The notes below the pieces were generated by a model, which was not told where the DNA came from, searched no databases, and saw only the letters and a list, made by a program, of their open reading frames with translations. Shown piece by piece: positions 1-8,795 of a stretch of DNA of 64,000 bases. Origin of the DNA: Chloroflexota bacterium (GTDB taxonomy: Bacteria; Chloroflexota; UBA11872; VXOZ01); contig CAXXVD010000005.1 in the NCBI GenBank assembly GCA_963662335.2, positions 638,027 to 702,026 of the forward strand, read 5' to 3'. The number at the start of each line of letters is the position of its first letter. Position 1 is the first letter of the stretch. The translations under genes were made by a program, and so were the position numbers.

Positions 1-284
1 GGTTTGAGGTGGTCGGTCTGGTAATTCCGTCGCTTTCAACTCACGTGGAGCCTTCCGCGGAGCACATTGCAGGACTGGTCGAAGTGATCCGGAAACACGA
101 CGTGCCGGCAGTGTTTGGCGAGACGACGGTCAGCGACAGGCTGGCGCAAGCCGTGGCCAGGGAGACCGGCGCGGAAGTGGTCCAGCTCTACTCCGGCTCG
201 CTTGGGCCGGCAGGCAGCGGCGCGGACACGTACCTGGGCATGGTGCGGTCCAACGTGGAACGCATTGTGGATGCACTAAAGTGA
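1..284 (+). CDS. Zn/Mn ABC transporter substrate-binding protein, C-terminal part (5' truncated)
   Basis: EPSAEHIA..V..IR...V.AVF.E...S and TYLGMVRSN match the ZnuA/MntA C-lobe; followed by ATPase and permease. Confidence 0.85.
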   Translation, partial: FEVVGLVIPSLSTHVEPSAEHIAGLVEVIRKHDVPAVFGETTVSDRLAQAVARETGAEVVQLYSGSLGPAGSGADTYLGMVRSNVERIVDALK

Positions 285-1048
285 ACACGGCTTCGAATGC
301 GCAGGGAGCGAGCGTATCCCTTCAGGACGTGACCGTCGAACTCGACGGTCACATGGCCCTGAACAACGTCACCTTCGACGTGGACGCGGGGACTCTGATG
401 GGCGTGGTAGGGCCGAATGGCGCCGGCAAGAGCACCCTGTTCAACGCCATTGCCGGGCTCCTGCCGGTGCGTCAGGGGAAGGTGACCCTTCACCGGGTAG
501 ACCAGGCGGGCGGGGCGTTGGCGTACGTGCCGCAGCGGGAGAGCGTCAACTGGCGGTTTCCCGTGACCGTGTCGGACGTGGTCATGATGGGCCGGCGCTG
601 CCGGCTCAGATGGTTCCAGCGGCCGGGGAAGCGAGACCGAGAGCTTGTCAAGGCGTGCATCTGTCGTGTGGGCTTGTGGGATCAGCGTTCCGCGCTCATG
701 ACGGAGCTATCGGGAGGCCAGCGGCAACGGGTGTTCGTCGCCAGGGCGCTGGCCCAGGAGGCGAGCGTTCTGCTCCTGGATGAGGCCTTTAGCGGCGTCG
801 ACGCCGGCGCTCAGGAAGGCCTCGTCGAAGTCCTCCGCACACTGCGGGATGAGGGGCGCATCGTCTTGCTGGCGACCCACGACCTGACCAACCTGGCCGG
901 CCGCTTCGACGAGGTCTTGTGTCTGAACTGCCAGGTGTGCGCCTGCGGCCCTCCCGACCAGGTCTTCACGCCCCAGGTCATGGAGAAGCTGTACGGCGCC
1001 CCCGGTGTGCGCCTCGCGCGGGATGTGGGCGGCGGAACGCAGGCGTGA
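281..1048 (+). CDS. Zn/Mn ABC transporter ATP-binding protein
   Basis: Walker A GPNGAGKST, AYVPQR, LSGGQRQR, LLLDE; GTGA overlap with the upstream gene. Confidence 0.92.
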   Translation: MNTASNAQGASVSLQDVTVELDGHMALNNVTFDVDAGTLMGVVGPNGAGKSTLFNAIAGLLPVRQGKVTLHRVDQAGGALAYVPQRESVNWRFPVTVSDVVMMGRRCRLRWFQRPGKRDRELVKACICRVGLWDQRSALMTELSGGQRQRVFVARALAQEASVLLLDEAFSGVDAGAQEGLVEVLRTLRDEGRIVLLATHDLTNLAGRFDEVLCLNCQVCACGPPDQVFTPQVMEKLYGAPGVRLARDVGGGTQA

Positions 1049-1863
1049 TAGACTTCCTCGTCGCCCCGCTCGAATACGGCTTCATGGTGAGAGCCCTCAT
1101 CGGCTCGATTCTTGTGGGCGTGATGTGTCCGCTGGTTGGCGCGTACGTCGTCACCAGGAATCTCGCCTTCATTGGCGACGCGCTCGCTCACGCGGTGCTG
1201 CCGGGCATGGTGCTCGGGTTCATCGTCGGCATCAACCCGGCCATAGCCGCCATCCCAACCGGCGTCTCCGTTGCCATTTTGGTCAGAACGGTGAGCCGGC
1301 GCGCGGGCCTCAGCACGGATACTTCCATTGGCATTCTCTTTGCGGCCATGTTTGCCCTGGGACTTGTGATGCTAGCAAGCGCCACGAACATCCGGGTGAA
1401 TATGGAAGACCTGCTGCTGGGAAAAGTGCTGGCCATATCTCCGACCGACATCTATGTGTCACTTGGGATAACGGCAATTGTCATCCTGGGGCTATTCTTC
1501 CTCCACCATTGGCTGCTGTTTGCGAGTTTTGACCCCGTGGGATCGCAGGTTGTCGGTTCGCGTACTAACTTCGTCGACTACGTGTTCCTGGTTATGCTTG
1601 CCCTCGTTATCGTAATTGGGATTCAGGCGGCGGGTATTGTTCTTGTGATGGCGATGCTGGTAACGCCCGCGGCCGCGGCCTATCTGTTGGTCAGGCGTTT
1701 CGTCTCGATGATGCTGCTGGCCGCGGCGCTGGGGACCGCTTCCGCAGTGACGGGCCTCTACGTCTCCTACCACTTCAATGTGCCCGCCGCTCCCGCCATG
1801 ACCCTGGTAGCAAGCGGGATATTCGCACTGGTAGCCCTATTCAGGCGCAGAGCCCTGGCCTGA
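1045..1863 (+). CDS. Zn/Mn ABC transporter permease (ABC-3 family)
   Basis: GDALAHAVLPG motif, multiple TM segments; GTG start at 1045 overlaps the ATPase stop. Confidence 0.92.
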   Translation: MIDFLVAPLEYGFMVRALIGSILVGVMCPLVGAYVVTRNLAFIGDALAHAVLPGMVLGFIVGINPAIAAIPTGVSVAILVRTVSRRAGLSTDTSIGILFAAMFALGLVMLASATNIRVNMEDLLLGKVLAISPTDIYVSLGITAIVILGLFFLHHWLLFASFDPVGSQVVGSRTNFVDYVFLVMLALVIVIGIQAAGIVLVMAMLVTPAAAAYLLVRRFVSMMLLAAALGTASAVTGLYVSYHFNVPAAPAMTLVASGIFALVALFRRRALA

Positions 1864-1890
1864 GAGGCTCGCTCTACAAATAACTTTAGC

Positions 1891-2122
1891 GAGCCGTTCG
1901 CCCTGAGCGGCGTCGAAGGGTGAACGGCGGAGCGACCGCGTAGAAACTCTGCCCGCCTCTCTCCGTTCGTGCTGAGCTTGTCGAAGCATGAACGGAGAGA
2001 GGCGGGCATTCTCCAATGCTGTCGCATAAACGTAGCGCGGGGGCTTGTCCCCCGCCGGAACTATTCAAACTGGCACGCACAGGATTGACCTAACAGCTTC
2101 GCAGGTTACAAACCTGCGCTAC
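1891..2122. repeat. Cluster of REP-like palindromes (two CCGTTCG..CTGAGC..GTCGAAG..TGAACGG units, a GTAG-type REP at 2032-2055, CGCAGGTTACAAACCTGCGCTAC)
   Basis: Near-identical palindromes recur at 45050-45150, 51130-51240, 3292 and elsewhere. Confidence 0.8.
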
Positions 2123-2353
2123 CGGAGATTCTAGACGCGAGTTCTGCTGTCGATCTGTTTAGTGCGACAGTATTACGGGCATTCTCATTCCTTTGTGTGC
2201 CCTTCAGATGGCCATGGTGATTCCCCTCGCAAACAGTGCGTCAGCGTCCCAAACGTCTGCAAAGTCCTGTTGCGCGATCGCGGTTTGGCGCATGGCCGCG
2301 CCGGGCGGGGGCGCCGCGCAAACAAAGACGACTAGCACGCCTGCGCCGCTTTC

Positions 2354-3100
2354 TCAGCCTCCCGGCGGGCGGCGGGCGAGGCTGAAACTCTGGCCCGTGG
2401 GCCCGCCGCGCGGACGGCTGGCCAGCCACACGGTGAGTTCCGCCACTTCTTCCGGCAGCTTGACGCGCTCGCTGGGGGCAAAGGGCGGCGGGCCGTCCAG
2501 CGTGAAGCGGTCGGCCGTGAGCGGCGTGAGCACCGGCCCGGGCACGATCTCGTTCACCTCGACGCCGTGCTCCCACACCTCCAGCGCGAGGCACTTGGTG
2601 AACATCCACACCGCCGCCTTGGCCGTATTGTACGACGCGCTGCCGGCCCGCGCCTCGTGGCCCATGCCGGAGCCGATGTTGATGATCTTGCCGCCCCCGC
2701 CCGCAATCATCCCGGGCAGGACGTAGCGCGCACAGGCGTACGTGCCGATGAGGTTCACGTCGATGCACGCCGCCCACAAGTCCGGCGCGCTCTCCGCCAC
2801 CGGTGCGTTTTCGGTGCCGCCGCCGGCATTATTTACCAGAATATCGATGCCGCCCAAGGACTCCGCCGCCTCGCCTACCATCTGTTCGACCTGGCCCACG
2901 TCGCCCACGTCGCATACAAACGACACCGCGTAGCCGCCCGCCGCCTGAATTTCCGCGACAACGGCGTCAAGCTGGTCCTCGGAGCGCGCGGTGACGGCCA
3001 CGCTTGCGCCTTCTTGAGCAAAGGCGAGCGCGATCGCGCGCCCAATGCCGCGCCCGCCGCCCGTAATCAGCGCGCGGCATCCTGACAACGTTTCACCCAT
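2354..3100 (-). CDS. Short-chain dehydrogenase/reductase (SDR)
   Basis: TGGGRGIG, NNAG, YNTAK catalytic motif. Confidence 0.9.
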   Translation of the reverse strand: MGETLSGCRALITGGGRGIGRAIALAFAQEGASVAVTARSEDQLDAVVAEIQAAGGYAVSFVCDVGDVGQVEQMVGEAAESLGGIDILVNNAGGGTENAPVAESAPDLWAACIDVNLIGTYACARYVLPGMIAGGGGKIINIGSGMGHEARAGSASYNTAKAAVWMFTKCLALEVWEHGVEVNEIVPGPVLTPLTADRFTLDGPPPFAPSERVKLPEEVAELTVWLASRPRGGPTGQSFSLARRPPGG

Positions 3101-3131
3101 CGCACGTGCTCCGCTCCGTTCCATCCAAATC

Positions 3132-3160
3132 TTGACAGTGCCGCCCGTTTCGCCTACCGT
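3132..3160 (+). promoter_or_regulatory. Sigma70-type promoter for tRNA-Gly
   Basis: TTGACA-17 bp-TACCGT just upstream of the tRNA. Confidence 0.55.
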
Positions 3161-3175
3161 AGTCTATGACGCTAT

Positions 3176-3250
3176 GCGGGCATGGTGTAGTGGCAACACG
3201 CGACCTTCCCAAGGTTGAGACCGTGGGTTCGAATCCCATTGCCCGCTCCA
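3176..3250 (+). tRNA. tRNA-Gly(CCC)
   Basis: Acceptor GCGGGCA/TGCCCGC, anticodon loop TT-CCC-AA, GTTCGAATC T-loop, encoded CCA. Confidence 0.96.
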
Positions 3251-3291
3251 AAACGACGCCAATCCGCGCGCTCACTGCCGGCTACCGCCCC

Positions 3292-3398
3292 GTAGCGCGG
3301 GGGCTTGTCCCCCGCCTCTTCTTTTGCAATGTCGTCGCGCGAACGCTTGTCCCACGCTCTCCCGCCAACCACCCGTAGCGCGACGGCTTGTCCCCCGC
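3292..3398 (+). repeat. Two GTAG-type REP copies (GTAGCGCGGGGGCTTGTCCCCCGC)
   Basis: Copies at 3292-3315 and 3375-3398; same family at 2032, 26454, 39458, 56952-57083, 63260. Confidence 0.85.
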
Positions 3399-3452
3399 GC
3401 CTTGCCTGACTAACCGCGTAGACCACGCGCCGCCCTGGCGCGGCCATCTAGG

Positions 3453-3950
3453 CTACTCTTCGCCGGCCCGCCCCGCCAACTCCCGGTCCAGCATCATCAG
3501 GCCGCTGGGGTCATCCTGCACCCGCTTCAATTGCTGCACGATGTCGCCGGTCACGCGCTCTTCCTCCACCTGTTCCACCAGGAACCACTGCAATTCCGCC
3601 TGGGTGGTATAGTCGTTCTCCTCTTCGGCCAGGGCGTAGAGATTGTGGATCATCTGCGTGACCTCCTGCTCGTGGGCCAGCGCGTTCTCGAAGACCGCCA
3701 GCGGCTTGCCCATGCGCGGGGACGGCGCCTCGATGCCCTGGATGACGATGTCGCCGCCCCGGTTCACCACCATGTCGATCACCCGCAGCGCGTGGGCGCG
3801 TTCCTCATCGCTCTGCACGCGCATCCAGTGGGCAAAGCCGGGCAGCGCCTGCGACTCGAAGTACGCCGCCATCGCCAGGTAGAGGTGAGACGCGTAGAGT
3901 TCGTCGGTGATCTGCTTGTTCAACGCCGTGCGTATCGATTCGGACAACAT
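3453..3950 (-). CDS. ftnA: Non-heme ferritin
   Basis: LNKQI..ELYASHLYLAM, EERAHA, LQWFLVEQVEEE ferroxidase motifs; GAGGAG RBS. Confidence 0.93.
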   Translation of the reverse strand: MLSESIRTALNKQITDELYASHLYLAMAAYFESQALPGFAHWMRVQSDEERAHALRVIDMVVNRGGDIVIQGIEAPSPRMGKPLAVFENALAHEQEVTQMIHNLYALAEEENDYTTQAELQWFLVEQVEEERVTGDIVQQLKRVQDDPSGLMMLDRELAGRAGEE

Positions 3951-4398
3951 TGGCTTTCGCTCCTCAGTTCGCATGTGCGTGGGTGAATCGCAACCCTGAT
4001 CCCCATTGTACTACGCAAGAGGCGCCGCGCAATCTGCCGGGCAGCGCCTGCTCGTTTCCGAGACCCCGCCAAAGAAGTGCGCCGACCGGACTGGCGCGGC
4101 GCCGGCGGCTCGGTAGACCCGCCGCCGGAACGCTTATTCCTCTCCCAATACGCGCGCGGTAGAATGAGCGGGAGTCTGCCCGGCGCGCTGCCCGCCCGCG
4201 CCGGGGCGGCTGTCGTTTCGCCGTCGACTCACAGCGGCATTGCGCGCTTGGGCGGCGCAATGCTCTACAAAGATGGCGGCAGCATGGTACGGTAGTAGGT
4301 AGAGAGCAACAGCGCGTGCATTCTGGCAGGCCGCCGCTGGCAGCGGCCACACCAGGAAGAGAGCACCCACCCAGAACAGGCCAGAAGGAGGCAATGGC

Positions 4399-5445
4399 AT
4401 GTCAGTCTATGACCGTGGCGGCCCGCGCGGCGGCCCGCCGGACGACGAAGACAATGAGGACTTTGGCGAAGTCTTCCGCCAGACCCGCGACCGGGCCCGG
4501 CGGGCGCAACGCTTCATCATCCTCGGCTTTGCAATCGCGGTAGTGTTGTGGATCGGCTCCGGCGTCTACATCGTCGGCCCCGCCGAGCAGGGCGTTGTCC
4601 TCCAATTCGGACGGCACGTGAACACCACGTCGCCGGGCGTGAACTACCGCCTGCCCTGGCCGGTCCAAAGCGTCGTCATCGTTGACATCGCCAACGTGCG
4701 CCGTGCCGAAATCGGCCAACGCACGGTGGCCGGGCAGAGCGGCCAGGAGACCCGCCGCATCCTGGAAGAAGCGCTAATGTTGACGGCTGACGAAAACATC
4801 GTCGAAGTTGGCCTGCTCGTGCAGTACAAGGTCAAGGACGCCGCGGCGTTCGTCTTCAACGTGAACAATCCGGAAGCCGTATTGCACACAACCACGGAAG
4901 TTGCGCTGCGCAGCGCCGTGGGCAAGATGCCCATCGACGGCGTAATCACCGAGCGCCGCGCCGAGGTGCAGGAGAACACCCGCGCCTACTTGCAGGAACT
5001 CATGGACGAATATGACGCGGGCATCCAGATCACCGACGTGCGCCTGCAAGTGGCCGACGCGCCCGACCAGGTGCGGGACGCCTTCCACGAAGTGGTGCGC
5101 GCCCGTGAAGACCGGGAGCGCAAGGTGAACGAAGCCCAGGCCTACCGCGAAGACGTGGTGCCCCGAGCGCGCGGTGAAGCCAAGCGCCTCCTGGAACAAG
5201 CGCAGGCGTACAAGGAAGAGCGCGTCCGCAGCGCGCGCGGTGAGAGCGAGCGCTTCCTCTCCATTCTGAGAGAGTACCGCCTCGCCCCCGAGGTAACCCG
5301 CGAACGCATGTACATCGAGGCGGTCGAGCAAGCCATGGCGGACGTGGAGAAAGTGCTGATTGCGCCGGCCGACAGCGGCGTGCTGCCCTTCCTCCCGCTC
5401 CGCAGCCTGCAGTCCGGCTCGCAATCATCCAGCATTAGCCAGTAG
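4399..5445 (+). CDS. hflK: FtsH modulator HflK (SPFH)
   Basis: MLTADENIVEV, AFHEV.RARED, A.AY...VVPRARGEA, APEVTRERMYIE. Confidence 0.93.
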   Translation: MSVYDRGGPRGGPPDDEDNEDFGEVFRQTRDRARRAQRFIILGFAIAVVLWIGSGVYIVGPAEQGVVLQFGRHVNTTSPGVNYRLPWPVQSVVIVDIANVRRAEIGQRTVAGQSGQETRRILEEALMLTADENIVEVGLLVQYKVKDAAAFVFNVNNPEAVLHTTTEVALRSAVGKMPIDGVITERRAEVQENTRAYLQELMDEYDAGIQITDVRLQVADAPDQVRDAFHEVVRAREDRERKVNEAQAYREDVVPRARGEAKRLLEQAQAYKEERVRSARGESERFLSILREYRLAPEVTRERMYIEAVEQAMADVEKVLIAPADSGVLPFLPLRSLQSGSQSSSISQ

Positions 5446-5457
5446 AGGAGGCGCCAA

Positions 5458-6375
5458 ATGGGACGAACCCTAACCGTAATCGTCGCCCTGGGGGCGCTGA
5501 TTCTCATCGTGTTTTCGCAGGTGACCTTCGTTGTCGCCGAAACCAACCAGGCCATCGTCTTGCAGCTTGGCGAGTATCGCTACACGGCCCGAGACCCCGG
5601 CCTCTACTTCAAGCTGCCTTTCGTGCAAGAAGCGGTCTACTTCGACCGCCGCTTGCTCTCCAGCGACGCCGAACCGCAGGAGTATCTCACGCTTGACAAG
5701 AAGCGCGTCATCGTTGACCACGTGACCCGCTGGCGCATCATCGACCCGATCAAGTTCTTCGTCAGCGTGCAGAATGAGACCGGCGCGCGGGCACGCCTGG
5801 ACGACGTCGTCTTCTCGGAACTGCGCCGCACCCTCGCGACGTACAACTTCGACGTGATCATTGCCAGTGAACGCGAGAACATCATGGGACTGGTCACAAT
5901 CGCCAGCAGTCAACGGGCCCTGGACTTCGGTATCGAGGTGATTGACGTGCGCTTCAAACGCGCCGACCTGCCTGAGGAAGTCGAGGAAAGCGTCTTCGAC
6001 CGGATGCGGGCCGAGCGCGCGCGTGAGGCCAACCGCTACCGCGCCGAGGGTGAGGAGCAAGCCGCCGAGATCATGGCCTCCGCCGACCGCGAACGCATCG
6101 TGATCGTCGCGGAAGCCGAGGAGGCAGCAGCGCAAACCCGCGGCGAGGGCGACGCCGAAGCCATCGCCATCTACGCCGACGCCCTCAACCAGGACCCCGA
6201 ATTCTTCGCCTTCCGCCGCCGCCTGGAGGCGTACGTCAAGGTCTTGAAGCAAGGCGACATGCTCGTCATCTCGCCGGAGAGCGAGTTCTTCAAGTACCTG
6301 ATCGACCCGTCACCGCAGCGCGACGTGGGCAACCCACTGCCCGCGCTGGCGCCGACGACCGTGGAAGACGAGTAA
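5458..6375 (+). CDS. hflC: FtsH modulator HflC
   Basis: PGLYFKLPF, LT.DKK, RM.AER..A..YRAEG.E, DPEFF.F.R.LEAY; follows hflK. Confidence 0.93.
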   Translation: MGRTLTVIVALGALILIVFSQVTFVVAETNQAIVLQLGEYRYTARDPGLYFKLPFVQEAVYFDRRLLSSDAEPQEYLTLDKKRVIVDHVTRWRIIDPIKFFVSVQNETGARARLDDVVFSELRRTLATYNFDVIIASERENIMGLVTIASSQRALDFGIEVIDVRFKRADLPEEVEESVFDRMRAERAREANRYRAEGEEQAAEIMASADRERIVIVAEAEEAAAQTRGEGDAEAIAIYADALNQDPEFFAFRRRLEAYVKVLKQGDMLVISPESEFFKYLIDPSPQRDVGNPLPALAPTTVEDE

Positions 6376-6470
6376 GGAGGCTGCGCTAACCTTGTCCTGC
6401 GCTCTTGCGCCGGCCATGTGCTTCGAAGGCTGCGCCAGCAAGCGCCGGACGATAGCGCCATCCGAATGCG

Positions 6471-6498
6471 GTAGGGGCACGGCATGCCGTGCTCCTAC
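6471..6498. repeat. GTAG-type palindromic REP (GTAGGGGCACGGCATGCCGTGCTCCTAC)
   Basis: Near-perfect palindrome; relatives at 56673-56700 and 59096-59123. Confidence 0.8.
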
Positions 6499-6603
6499 CG
6501 CAACCGGCGGTTTCTCACGATTGGCGCGCGGAACTCCAGCGATACCGCCTGTCACGCCCGCCGCCACCGCCCGAAGTGCTATACTGAGAACAGTTGAACA
6601 CAT

Positions 6604-6679
6604 GCCCCGTTAGCTCAGTGGATAGAGCACTGGCTTGCGGAGCCAGGGGTCGAGCGTTCGAGTCGCTCACGGGGTACCA
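6604..6679 (+). tRNA. tRNA-Arg(GCG)
   Basis: Cloverleaf with TAGCTCAGTGGATAGAGC D-arm, CTGGC-TTGCGGA-GCCAG anticodon arm, GTTCGAGTC, CCA; TG-TATACT -10 upstream. Confidence 0.95.
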
Positions 6680-6685
6680 AGGCTC

Positions 6686-7576
6686 TCACATCATGCCGTG
6701 CCCAAAGGGGTCGTCTCCTATCCACCGTTCGTCAGCCGGCTCTGTGGCCGGTTGGTAGCGGGTGTCGGTGGAGAGGCGGATGCGGTTCCGGGCGCTTTCG
6801 TTGTCGATGGCGCAGTGCAGCGTAAACATGCCGAAGACGAGCAGATCGCCCGGCTCGAACTCCGTAGTCAGCCAGCGGCCGCCGTAGCGCTGTTGGGGCT
6901 GGTTGGGGTTCTTGGTCAGCCAGCCGCCGCCGTACGGGTTCTTCTCCTTGTCCCGGTCCACGTCGATCTTGCCGTAGGTGTTCTGCAACTCTTCCCAGCG
7001 GTGCGAGCCGTGCAGGATTGCCAGCGGGCCGTCGCCCAGGGGCACGTCGCCCTGGGGTATCCACGCCGTCATGAGCCGCGGCGTGCCGCGTCCCATGTAG
7101 ACCCAATCGAAGTGGCAGCCGGTGGCCGCGCCGCGCCGCACGTTGCGCACCCAGATGTAATCGAGATGCCGCACCGCTTCGCCAAAGAACTGCGCGAAGA
7201 ACTCCATGACCCGCCCGGCAAAGCAAATCTCTTTCAACGCCGGGCCGGAGCGCAGGCGGCGGGCGAAATGCTTGCGGTCGCTGGCGCTGATGCCGCTGGT
7301 ATCGCCGGAAAAGACCGCGTCCATGAAGGGCTGCGCGCGGTCGATCAGGCCGATTTCGTCCAGCCTGCCAATCAGTTCCCGCCGCGCAGCCAGCACCTTC
7401 TCCGTGTCCAGGTAGCCGCGCAGCAGCAGGTAGCCGTCCTCGGCGAACCGCTCGCGCAGCGCGGCCGCATTGCCCAGCAGGCCGTTGGCCTCGCGCAACT
7501 CCCCAAACGACTCGTTGGAGAGGTCGAAGGCATTGCCGTTCGATGTCAATGTATCCGGTAGCACCGTCGTCTGCAT
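6686..7576 (-). CDS. Phytanoyl-CoA dioxygenase (PhyH) family Fe(II)/2OG dioxygenase, copy 1
   Basis: EDGYLLLR, HFD (HxD), GPLAILHGSH, distal FTLHC, RLSTDTRY. Confidence 0.88.
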   Translation of the reverse strand: MQTTVLPDTLTSNGNAFDLSNESFGELREANGLLGNAAALRERFAEDGYLLLRGYLDTEKVLAARRELIGRLDEIGLIDRAQPFMDAVFSGDTSGISASDRKHFARRLRSGPALKEICFAGRVMEFFAQFFGEAVRHLDYIWVRNVRRGAATGCHFDWVYMGRGTPRLMTAWIPQGDVPLGDGPLAILHGSHRWEELQNTYGKIDVDRDKEKNPYGGGWLTKNPNQPQQRYGGRWLTTEFEPGDLLVFGMFTLHCAIDNESARNRIRLSTDTRYQPATEPADERWIGDDPFGHGMM

Positions 7577-7774
7577 CGCCACCCTCCAGAGCCTCACATC
7601 TGACGCGTTGGTTCCCAAGCGGCGGGCCGCCGCCCGAGACCGCGCGCCGCGTCAACACGTGTTGCGAGCACGTCCATACTACCTGCCGCGCGCACGGAAA
7701 GGCAATGCGGCAGTCCCTCACCGCCCCGGCGCCGCAGCGCCGGCGCCATCCGGCGTTCACACCACTCAGAAGTC

Positions 7775-8665
7775 TCACATCATGCCGTGGCCGAAAGGAT
7801 CATCTCCGATCCAGCGTTCGTCAGCCGGTTCGCTGGCAAGTTGGTAGCGCGTGTCGGTGGAAAGGCGGATGCGGTTCGCCGGGCTCTCGTTATCCAGCGA
7901 GCAATGGAGCGTGAACATGCCGAACATGAGCACGTCACCCGGTGCGAACTCGGTGGTAAGCCAGCGCCCGCCGTAGCGTTGCTGCGGCTGGTTCGGATTC
8001 TTCGTCAGCGAGCCGCCGCCGTAGGGGTTCTTCTCCTTGTCTTTGTCCACGTCGATCGCGCCGTAGGTCTGCTGCAGTTCCTGCCACTTGTGGGAGCCGT
8101 GCAGGATCGCCAGCGGTCCGTCGCAGAGGGGCACCGCTCCTTGTGGGATCCATGCCGTCACCACGTTCCTGGTGCCGCGTCCCATGTACACCCAGTCGAA
8201 GTGACAGGGAGCAGCCGCCCCGCGCCGCCGGTTCCGCACCCAGATATAGTTGAGGTGCAGCACCTCATCACCGAAGTACTCCGCGAAGAACGACATGATC
8301 CGGCCGGAGAAGCAGACCTCCTTCAGCGCCGGCCCCGACCGCAGTTCACGGGCAAATGCCCGGCGGTCCGACGCGCTGATGCCGCTCGTATCACCCGAAA
8401 AGACGGCATCCATGAAGGGCTTGCCCCGGTCGATGAGACAGATTTCGTCGAGCTTTCCGATCAGTTCGCGGCGCGCTGCCAGCACCTTCTCCGTGTCCAG
8501 ATAATTGCGGAAGAGCAGGTAGCCGTCCTCGGCAAGCCGTTCGCGTATCGCGGCCATGTCACCCAGCAAGCCGTTGGCGTCGCGCAACTCCCCGAACGTC
8601 TCCTGCGAGAGGTCGAAGGCATGGCCGTTCGACGTCAATGTATCCGGGAGAACCATCGTCTGCAT
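7775..8665 (-). CDS. PhyH family dioxygenase, copy 2 (tandem paralog)
   Basis: Same motifs; closely similar to 6686-7576 along its full length. Confidence 0.88.
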   Translation of the reverse strand: MQTMVLPDTLTSNGHAFDLSQETFGELRDANGLLGDMAAIRERLAEDGYLLFRNYLDTEKVLAARRELIGKLDEICLIDRGKPFMDAVFSGDTSGISASDRRAFARELRSGPALKEVCFSGRIMSFFAEYFGDEVLHLNYIWVRNRRRGAAAPCHFDWVYMGRGTRNVVTAWIPQGAVPLCDGPLAILHGSHKWQELQQTYGAIDVDKDKEKNPYGGGSLTKNPNQPQQRYGGRWLTTEFAPGDVLMFGMFTLHCSLDNESPANRIRLSTDTRYQLASEPADERWIGDDPFGHGMM

Positions 8666-8795
8666 CGCCACCTCATACCCTCCTAACTTGCCGTGAGAAA
8701 CACCGAAACCGCAGCGCCCGCGTTTCCACGCGCTCCGACGGCCTATTCGAATGCTGCCCTGTCAATTGTGCCAAATGGCGGGCTTCTAACCGGCC

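Noticed and set aside
6660-8700. tRNA-integrated genomic island
   Set aside because: No integrase and no duplicated tRNA 3' end found
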